Shown one piece after another: positions 57,414 to 64,000 of a stretch of 64,000 nt of DNA (its first letter is position 1; each line of letters opens with the position of its first letter). Under the pieces are notes generated by a model. That model was given only the letters and a program-made list of their open reading frames with translations. It ran no database searches and had not been told where the DNA came from. The DNA comes from an uncultured archaeon. GTDB taxonomy: Archaea > Asgardarchaeota > Thorarchaeia > Thorarchaeales > Thorarchaeaceae. The position numbers and the translations under genes were made by a program. Where the stretch lies: the NCBI GenBank assembly GCA_964473825.1, contig CAYYQL010000004.1, positions 32,001-96,000 of the forward strand, read 5' to 3'.

Positions 57414-58244
57414 TTATAAATCGTTAGATGTAGCTAAGTTACGAAATCGCGACAGTATGTCTTCTGCCAGTTTTGCATTGGATGCAGCAACAAAGCTCAT
57501 TGTTTCTGACATGTCAATTGGGAGGACAAGTTTCTGTCCATTCACCCCCATGACATATCCCCCAGCTTCTTCTACTATATGCGTTCCCGAAACATGGACA
57601 ATAGGCAGGATGCCTCGAAGATCTATCATCGCGTCAAGACCTCCGCTTGCCACCCAACACAGGTCCAGTAGATTGCTGGCAGTCCGACGAATGTCATGAA
57701 CAGCGTGGATTGCTCTCATGGACTTCTGAAGAAACTCCTGATTCTGCGAATCATTGGTGTCAAAAGAGATGATTGTTTCCCTCATCGGGGCAGGTCTTCT
57801 GACTGATACAGAATTTCCGTTGCGTTTCACACCCATCCCCCTCATGGCAGTGTATGTTTCATCCGTAAATAACGAGATGATAATACTATGTTCTATGTCT
57901 TGGGTGGATGGTGTTTCACTATAGGGCAGAGTTGTTATGCCCACACAGCAGAGGGGTATACCACGTTCAAGGTTCGCTGACCCATCGATTGGGTCAACTA
58001 TCGCAATGTAATCTGGCCTCTCCGCAAGGAAGATTTCTCCTTGCTCCTCTGTTAGGACCAAGAACGACTCACCGGAGTCAGCGAGTTTCTCGATAATTGT
58101 TTCCTCACACATTTTATCCAGCACTAGGGTCTTATCACCGAAGGGATTCGTTGTTCCTGTCAGTTCATCTGCTCGGTTGAGATTGCTGAGAACGAGCTCC
58201 TTGGCGCTTTCAGCAGCTTTGCTCAATATTTTCTCCATGTTCAT
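57414..58244 (-). CDS. suhB: Inositol monophosphatase / FBPase (archaeal IMPase family)
   Basis: LTEE, VDPIDGSAN, LDLCWVASG and IVEEAGG; the canonical WD position reads VH. Confidence 0.8.
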   Translation of the reverse strand: MNMEKILSKAAESAKELVLSNLNRADELTGTTNPFGDKTLVLDKMCEETIIEKLADSGESFLVLTEEQGEIFLAERPDYIAIVDPIDGSANLERGIPLCCVGITTLPYSETPSTQDIEHSIIISLFTDETYTAMRGMGVKRNGNSVSVRRPAPMRETIISFDTNDSQNQEFLQKSMRAIHAVHDIRRTASNLLDLCWVASGGLDAMIDLRGILPIVHVSGTHIVEEAGGYVMGVNGQKLVLPIDMSETMSFVAASNAKLAEDILSRFRNLATSNDL

Positions 58245-58360
58245 TTTGTGGTCTCCTTGTTCGTCAAGAGTATTGCTGCATCAAGTCCTGCAGCATCTTG
58301 CAATTGTTTAAATGCTTCAGATACCGACATCTCCTTGTAAGGGCTAACCCGGTGGATGAA

Positions 58361-59023
58361 ATGGGCTTTCTGAGCGGCAAGAAAAAGGTTGACACTGAAC
58401 GTGGGATGTTAGAGATCAAGGGCACTATGAATGCCATGACTCTCAGAATCAGGCGCCTTGAAACAAGAATGGCTGAGGAACAGAAGGCTGCCAAGGAGGC
58501 TATGGCACGTGGAGAGAGAACTATCGCTCGTTCTCATCTCAGTATAGTGGTTGACCTCGAAAACAGGAAATCGAGATATCAACAGCAGTATCTTACTCTT
58601 GAAACGGCTTTGCTTAACATTGAGGAGGCAAAAGACCAGGCTGAAGTCCTCAAGGCATTTAGCATCGCCAATGAAGCACTAGCAGACGCGCGAAAGCTAT
58701 TGAGTCCCACAGAAATCCAGATGCAGCTTGACAAATTATCGGAGTCTTTTGAACACATCTCCGTCGCCGGTGATCTTCTCTCGGAAGACCTCAGTTCAAC
58801 TGGCTCTACCATCGAGGATGATGAGAAGATTGATCGCCAGCTGGATGCTATGGAAGCAGAGATATTGCTGGAGAAGGAGGGTGTCCTACCCCCTCTTGAA
58901 ATCAAAGATGGCAAGGTGGAAACGGCTGTCGAGGGAGATCGTGAAGAGAAGCGCATCGATGAGCTTCTTGCCGACCTAGAGCGAGAAGCTAAGGAAGAGC
59001 GAGAGAGAGAGGCACAGAGTTAA
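58361..59023 (+). CDS. Snf7-family ESCRT-III protein
   Basis: MGFLSGKKK N-terminus, AKEAMARGERTIAR, LETALLNIEEA...VLKAFSIANEAL, acidic C-terminus with VLPPLE and IDELLADLERE. Confidence 0.85.
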   Translation: MGFLSGKKKVDTERGMLEIKGTMNAMTLRIRRLETRMAEEQKAAKEAMARGERTIARSHLSIVVDLENRKSRYQQQYLTLETALLNIEEAKDQAEVLKAFSIANEALADARKLLSPTEIQMQLDKLSESFEHISVAGDLLSEDLSSTGSTIEDDEKIDRQLDAMEAEILLEKEGVLPPLEIKDGKVETAVEGDREEKRIDELLADLEREAKEEREREAQS

Positions 59024-59054
59024 CCCCCGTTTCACATTATATTGTTATCCGAAC

Positions 59055-59708
59055 GTGATATTCATGACTTACGATCTTGTAGTGTTCGATGTAGACGGCA
59101 CCTTGACAAAACATAACAGCATCTGGTGGCGGCTGCACGAAGTATTCGAAACCACGGAAGAAGGAAAGGAGTTCTACGATCAGTTCTTCGCAGGGGAGAT
59201 TAGCTATCAAGAGTGGGCAGATCTAGATGCAGGGCTGTGGAGGGGTCGCAGTGTAGAGGAGATAATGGCCATTGTACATACAACTGAACTGGTCCCCGGT
59301 GCTGTGGAGACCATCGCCGAGATTCGTAATCGAGGCTTGGAGGTAGCGATTCTCTCTGGCGGAATCAATTTCCTTGCAGATGATATCGCTCGACGTGTCA
59401 ACATAAGTTACGTGCTAACAAATGAACTGGAGTCCAAAAACGGTATCTTAACGGGCAGAGTCAGAGTACGAGTTGGATGGGGCGAGAAAGTCGAAGAGAT
59501 CAAGGAGATTCTCGACCACTTTGAAACCGGTTTTGAGCGGACCATATTCGTAGGCGACGGGCGCAATGATGTCAGCGTTCTGAAAAAGGTAGGCCTAGCC
59601 ATCGCTTTCAGGCCGGAGCATCCGGAGGTAGAACGTTCTGCCGATATTGTTGTCAATGAAGAGGATCTCCGGGCGATATTGCCTCATATACCTCCAAGAC
59701 CAAACTGA
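59055..59708 (+). CDS. HAD-IB phosphoserine phosphatase-like hydrolase
   Basis: FDVDGTL, LSGG, K and GDGRND. Confidence 0.88.
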   Translation: MIFMTYDLVVFDVDGTLTKHNSIWWRLHEVFETTEEGKEFYDQFFAGEISYQEWADLDAGLWRGRSVEEIMAIVHTTELVPGAVETIAEIRNRGLEVAILSGGINFLADDIARRVNISYVLTNELESKNGILTGRVRVRVGWGEKVEEIKEILDHFETGFERTIFVGDGRNDVSVLKKVGLAIAFRPEHPEVERSADIVVNEEDLRAILPHIPPRPN

Positions 59709-59735
59709 TTTGAGCTCCCCATCTTTCCATCTAAG

Positions 59736-60881
59736 CTACGTGTACCGGAGATTGGTTCCTGTGTTCAACAGGACTACTTCTTCATCAAAGTCTATGTCGC
59801 CAGCCTCCACAAGATTTCGGAGTCCTGCTAAGCCAACTGCTGCTTCTGGTCCCATCATAATGCCCTCCATTCTTGCGACCATGACCTGAGTCGGTCGAAT
59901 CTCATTCTCAGCGACAGCGACGGCGGAACCACCCGATCGCCTTATGGCACTCAGTATCAGTCTTCCGGCAAATGGGTTTGGAACACGAAGACCCAATGCT
60001 TCTGTGCGAGGGTTCTTCCAAGGCTCCAGTGTATCCAATCCCTTTTCGATAGATCGAACTATGGGGGCGCAATTCTCAGTCTGTGCGGCATATAACTTGG
60101 GTCGCTCACTCCCAATAGCTCCAATGCCCTCAAGCTCGTCTAGGGCCTTCCATATTCCTATCAAGGCAGTACCTCCACCAGTTGGACAGATTATTGCATC
60201 AGGAACTTCCCAGTTCAACTGCTCAATTATCTCAAATCCTATCGTTTTCTTTCCTTCAACCCGATAGGGTTCTTTTGTTGTGGATAGGTCTATCCAGTCT
60301 CCCTTTGTCGCTGTCATCCTCATGGCTGCGTCTGAGATTGTACCTTCGACGCGATGAGTCAACGCTCCGTACATCTCGCAATCCCTGAAGAAGGGCTCCG
60401 GCGTGTCATCTGGCATGAATATGGAAGCCTTTGCCCCCGCTGCAGCACAGTAGGCCGATGTTGATACCGCCGCATTCCCTGCTGAGGGAAGAGCGAAGCT
60501 CCTTGCGCCAAGTTCGAGATGCTTCGATATCGCGCTACAAAGACCACGGTCCTTGAAGGACCCCGTCGGATTCAGAGTTTCATTCTTGATACGGAGCAAT
60601 CGAAGCCCAACTCTCTGTCCAAGCCTTCGAGCAGTCAACATCGGTGTCCAGCCCTCTCCCAGACTCACTACGAATGAGAGTGACTTCACCGGGAGTAATT
60701 GAGAATACCGCCACATGCTATTGATATCTGTCGGGAATCCTCCACATCTGAAGGCATCACGGACTCCACCAAGATTATAGGTCGCCATTAGAGGCGAACC
60801 ACAAATGCAGTGGTCCGCAGGTCTATCTGCCGAGTACTTCGTTGCGCACTCGGGACATTCGAGATGAGTTATGTTTGACAT
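59736..60881 (-). CDS. thrC: Threonine synthase-like PLP enzyme
   Basis: SLGEGWTP, NPTGSFKDRG, SAGNA, EGKKT and PTGGG. Confidence 0.88.
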   Translation of the reverse strand: MSNITHLECPECATKYSADRPADHCICGSPLMATYNLGGVRDAFRCGGFPTDINSMWRYSQLLPVKSLSFVVSLGEGWTPMLTARRLGQRVGLRLLRIKNETLNPTGSFKDRGLCSAISKHLELGARSFALPSAGNAAVSTSAYCAAAGAKASIFMPDDTPEPFFRDCEMYGALTHRVEGTISDAAMRMTATKGDWIDLSTTKEPYRVEGKKTIGFEIIEQLNWEVPDAIICPTGGGTALIGIWKALDELEGIGAIGSERPKLYAAQTENCAPIVRSIEKGLDTLEPWKNPRTEALGLRVPNPFAGRLILSAIRRSGGSAVAVAENEIRPTQVMVARMEGIMMGPEAAVGLAGLRNLVEAGDIDFDEEVVLLNTGTNLRYT

Positions 60882-60963
60882 CAAAGAGGGCACTCACATT
60901 TTTACATTCAAGCACAGACTTATTTGTCTATACGATTTCATTTTGAAGATGGAGGACTTTTCC

Positions 60964-62154
60964 TTGAGCGGTCTGGAACAACGTGTAATGCCTTTCACGG
61001 CATTTGTTGGTCTTGAGCAGCTCAAGCTTGCATTGATTCTCAATGGGGTTAATCCTCGTATAGGCGGTGTGCTGGTTTCTGGACCTAAAGGAACTGGCAA
61101 GACCACCATCGTCAGGGCTTTCGCATCTCTTCTACCGGAGGTTGAGGTTGTGAAGGGTTGCCGATTTGGGTGCAATCCGCACCGCGATGCTGTACTCTGT
61201 GCTGAGTGTGAGGCGCGCCTTGAACGAGGCGAAGATCTTGCGACCGTCGAGCGAAAGATGCGGGTTGTCAACCTGCCATTATCCACAACTGAGGACCGTC
61301 TGATCGGTGCTCTTGATATCGAGCAGGTGTTGCAGGAAGGCATTCAAGCACTAAAGCCCGGGATTCTGGCGGAGGCCAATCAGAATGTTCTGTACGTGGA
61401 TGAAGTCAATCTCCTTCCTGACCACCTTGTTGATGATCTACTGGATGCAGCAGCTACCAAGGTGAACGTCATAGAGCGAGAAGGCATTTCTGTCCGTCAC
61501 GCCTCAGATTTCATTCTTATCGGAACGATGAATCCTGAGGAGGGTGAGCTAAGACCTCAGCTTCTCGACCGGTTTCCATTGCATGTGTCCGTTGGAGGTT
61601 CGCACACGATTGAAGGCAGGATGGCTCTTGTCAGAAGGAATCTGGAATTCGAGCGTGATCCGGATGCATTTGCCAAACAATGGCAGGATGAACAAGAATC
61701 CCTGCGAGAGAGGATAATGACGGCAAGAAGGATCCTTTCTGATGTTCAACTCCCCGAGAGCAACCTAAGAGCAATTGCCATGGCATGTGACGCATTGGAG
61801 GTTGACGGTGTTCGTCCAGATATCATCATCAGCAAAGCCGCCATCACTAATGCGGCGTTTGAGGGCCGTATAGAAGTAAATGTGCATGATATGCAGCTTG
61901 CTGCACAGCTAGCACTGAGTCATAGAACTCGGCGTGGAGGTCTTCTAGAGCCTTCTTCACCTGATGATATCGATCTTGCCATAACGAAGGCGGCCAAAGT
62001 GGCAGAAGCGAGTGATAACCGAAAGTCACCTACGGAGGTTCCGGCATCCGGGGAGGAAACTGAACGTAGAATGAGTGGCGGCAAGTTTGGTCGGGGTTCG
62101 AGGTATGCCGAGAGCGGTTTATCAGATGGCAAAAAAAAACTCCGAAGAAAGTGA
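60964..62154 (+). CDS. chlI: Mg/Co-chelatase subunit I-like AAA+ ATPase
   Basis: PFTAFVG, GPKGTGKT, LYVDEVNLL, MNPEEGELRPQLLDRF and ALSHR. Confidence 0.9.
   Translation: MSGLEQRVMPFTAFVGLEQLKLALILNGVNPRIGGVLVSGPKGTGKTTIVRAFASLLPEVEVVKGCRFGCNPHRDAVLCAECEARLERGEDLATVERKMRVVNLPLSTTEDRLIGALDIEQVLQEGIQALKPGILAEANQNVLYVDEVNLLPDHLVDDLLDAAATKVNVIEREGISVRHASDFILIGTMNPEEGELRPQLLDRFPLHVSVGGSHTIEGRMALVRRNLEFERDPDAFAKQWQDEQESLRERIMTARRILSDVQLPESNLRAIAMACDALEVDGVRPDIIISKAAITNAAFEGRIEVNVHDMQLAAQLALSHRTRRGGLLEPSSPDDIDLAITKAAKVAEASDNRKSPTEVPASGEETERRMSGGKFGRGSRYAESGLSDGKKKLRRK
62131..62139 (+). promoter_or_regulatory. Putative -1 frameshift/slippage site (A9)
   Basis: GGC AAA AAA AAA CTC, 12 nt before the chlI stop codon; the -1 frame is open into the vWA ORF. 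Confidence 0.7.
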
Positions 62155-63629
62155 GAAACCCGCGCGGTGACCCAATCAAAGGCACAATCTGCGCAATTAT
62201 GGGCTTCATCGGGCTAGTATACGGTGTGTGGATGCTTCTCAGCCCACTGAATTTGCTCTTTGTTTCATATTTGGGAGTGTTTCCGGGTTTGACCGGTTTC
62301 TTGCTAAACACTATCCTATTCATTCCTTTCGGATATCTCTTGGTTCGAAAATGGCTCCAGACAATGCAGAAGAGAACGAGCGGTCCCGCCGCTGGAATTG
62401 ACGTCCTTGAGCCCGTTGGTGGAGTGCCCGAGAGCGGCGACGAATGGGGCCGGGCAACCAGACCATACACCAAGAAGGCTGCTCCTCAGATTCTTGGCTC
62501 CAAGTCCGAGATACGCGAAGCCCCGCTAGGCATTGATGATGGCTTCTTTGTGAAGATGCCTGATCTTGATACCGGCGAGGCACTCTTTGACGCTGATGAA
62601 CTCAGGTCAAGGGCTATGACTCGCTCAAAGGTGTCCTCAGGCGGCTGGATACGGAAGCGAGCGAGTTCCCGAGGGTCGGGAAGCCTGAAGTCTTCTGAGA
62701 CTGAGAAGCATGGACGGCCACGACGCTCAAAGACTCCTAGGGGAGAGGTTGGCAGTATTGATATTCCCGCAACGGTTGTAGCCGCAGTTTCCCGTATGGG
62801 CAAGAAGAAAGGTGCTCCTCTGGAGATTAAAGCAGAAGACATTCGGGAGAAGTCCTTCACGGGCAGGATACCTCTCACTGTGATCTTGGTCATTGACGTC
62901 AGCATGTCGATGAAAGGCAGTATGATTCAAGTGCGTAGACTCGTGGAACGAATGGAACGAGAGATTCGGGGTTCTCGTGATCGAGTAGGCATCATAGCCT
63001 TCAAGGATAGTGGTGCAGTTGAGGTTCAAGCACCCACGACAAATTGGAACAAGGTGTACGGAGCTCTCTCAAGACTGAGAATATCTGGTCTGACCCCCTT
63101 GGCAGAAGGCCTGATGAGAGCCATGGAGACAATCAAACGGGAACGGATGCGGAACCCTGACATAGAGCCTCTTGTAGTAATCATATCTGATTTTTCTCCC
63201 AATATCCCTCTTGCTCAGTCAGTTGGTCCCGGTCATGCGCGGTACACACCTGTTCGCGATTTGGTGAAGGCAGCTCGCCTTGCTCGGAAAGAGAATATTC
63301 GGTTGGCTGCTGTCAATGCTGATGTGAATCAGAAGAACTGGGTCAAGTTCTTGAAGCGCCGCTATCATGATGCCCTCGAACTGGCTACATTGCTGCGGAT
63401 GAGAAAGGAGGGATACAAGGATCCAGTTGCAACTATTCTTGCAGTTCCCGAGTTCAGGAAGACCTTTGGGGCCTATCTCATTGCACGGATCGCAGGTGGG
63501 CGCTGCTATCTTTCGCAAGAGGTGTTGGCGATGGATTCAGTCATTGGTGAGTTTCTAGAGGGGAGCACCCGGAGGACCCGAATCAGCGAACAGGATTTGA
63601 AACAGGTTGATGCCTACCTCCCGGAGTAA
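62151..63629 (+). CDS. chlD: Chelatase subunit D-like C-terminal part: TM hairpin + linker + vWA
   Basis: IDIPATV.AA, EDIREK, VIDVSMSM, RDRVGIIAF, GLTPLAEGL and IISD; -1 frame relative to chlI. Confidence 0.8.
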   Translation: MRNPRGDPIKGTICAIMGFIGLVYGVWMLLSPLNLLFVSYLGVFPGLTGFLLNTILFIPFGYLLVRKWLQTMQKRTSGPAAGIDVLEPVGGVPESGDEWGRATRPYTKKAAPQILGSKSEIREAPLGIDDGFFVKMPDLDTGEALFDADELRSRAMTRSKVSSGGWIRKRASSRGSGSLKSSETEKHGRPRRSKTPRGEVGSIDIPATVVAAVSRMGKKKGAPLEIKAEDIREKSFTGRIPLTVILVIDVSMSMKGSMIQVRRLVERMEREIRGSRDRVGIIAFKDSGAVEVQAPTTNWNKVYGALSRLRISGLTPLAEGLMRAMETIKRERMRNPDIEPLVVIISDFSPNIPLAQSVGPGHARYTPVRDLVKAARLARKENIRLAAVNADVNQKNWVKFLKRRYHDALELATLLRMRKEGYKDPVATILAVPEFRKTFGAYLIARIAGGRCYLSQEVLAMDSVIGEFLEGSTRRTRISEQDLKQVDAYLPE

Positions 63630-63681
63630 ATCTTCTGTTCCTTTCTCGATTACATTATTAACGAGAAAGTCAAGGGTTGGA

Positions 63682-63788
63682 GTGCGCACAGGGCCTGTAT
63701 TGCTCTGATGGCATAGTGAGCATGGAGTGCCCCGCTGGGGTTCAATGAAATCGCTTTTCATACATCATGACACAAGGTCTGTGCGCAC
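63682..63788. ncRNA. Candidate multi-branched structured element upstream of the AIR-synthase-like gene
   Basis: Perfect 10-bp closing stem GTGCGCACAG/CTGTGCGCAC with three inner hairpins. Confidence 0.4.
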
Positions 63789-63808
63789 CATCTCTGGAGT
63801 GAACAGTC

Positions 63809-64000
63809 ATGAAACCCGGAAAGATACCACCGGAAATCCTGGAGAAACTCGTCTTCACCCATCTTGGACGAACTGATCCTGACCTGCTTCTCGGTCCAGG
63901 AATAGGACAGGATGCCTCAGTTATCAGGATTGGCGAATCGATCATCATTGTATCAACGGATCCGATCACCGGTTCTGTTGAGGATATTGGCTGGCTGGCG
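63809..64000 (+). CDS. AIR synthase/HypE-related protein (PurM-like family), partial
   Basis: Not in the ORF track; MKPGKIPPEILEKLVFTHLGRTDPDLLLGPGIGQDASVIRIGESIIIVSTDPITG runs off the window end. Confidence 0.85.
   Translation, partial: MKPGKIPPEILEKLVFTHLGRTDPDLLLGPGIGQDASVIRIGESIIIVSTDPITGSVEDIGWLA

Noticed and set aside
60964-63629. Evidence for chlorophyll synthesis
   Set aside because: ChlI/ChlD-like AAA-vWA genes are widespread in non-phototrophs, and no chlH or other pathway genes are here
63682-63788. TPP riboswitch or tRNA
   Set aside because: Lacks the CUGAGA/ACCUGA..GGGA TPP core and canonical tRNA arm lengths and T-loop placement
63742-63969. 75-aa minus-strand ORF
   Set aside because: Shadow of the plus-strand AIR-synthase-like gene starting at 63809
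1-64000. CRISPR arrays, rRNA, tRNA, integrase
   Set aside because: No regularly spaced repeats, rRNA/tRNA signatures or tyrosine/serine recombinase motifs seen by eye; short or intron-split tRNAs could have been missed

Overview
Gene-dense archaeal chromosomal segment, most likely from an Asgard archaeon (Thorarchaeia-like). This is inferred from archaeal housekeeping genes (PAC2, PDCD5, PGI/PMI), TATA-type promoters, and several eukaryote-signature-like proteins: Snf7/ESCRT-III, a longin-like domain, an E2F/DP-type winged helix, a SNAP-like solenoid and a presenilin-type protease. Housekeeping blocks (1-13 kb, 33.8-64 kb, including an oligopeptide ABC system) flank two unusual regions. One is a decayed island of pseudogenes and an IS5 remnant (~13.0-21.8 kb). 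The other is an uncharacterised ~10.6 kb cluster (23.0-33.6 kb) of vWA, Cdc48-N/Ufd1-like-vWA, amidohydrolase, coiled-coil and HEAT-repeat genes, which includes a catalytically degenerate fused copy of the two genes it faces across a divergent promoter. Other leads: (1) an unannotated SNAP-like protein with an embedded WH2-like motif; (2) an E2F/DP-like factor with CGCG boxes at its own promoter; (3) a GCS2-type ligase fused to tandem Ig-like domains, paired with an N-formylglutamate-amidohydrolase-like gene; (4) a chlI/chlD-like pair joined by an A9 -1 slippery site, with a membrane hairpin in the linker; (5) several structured intergenic elements. No rRNA, tRNA or CRISPR array was recognised. 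All family calls are from motif reading by eye, not database searches.
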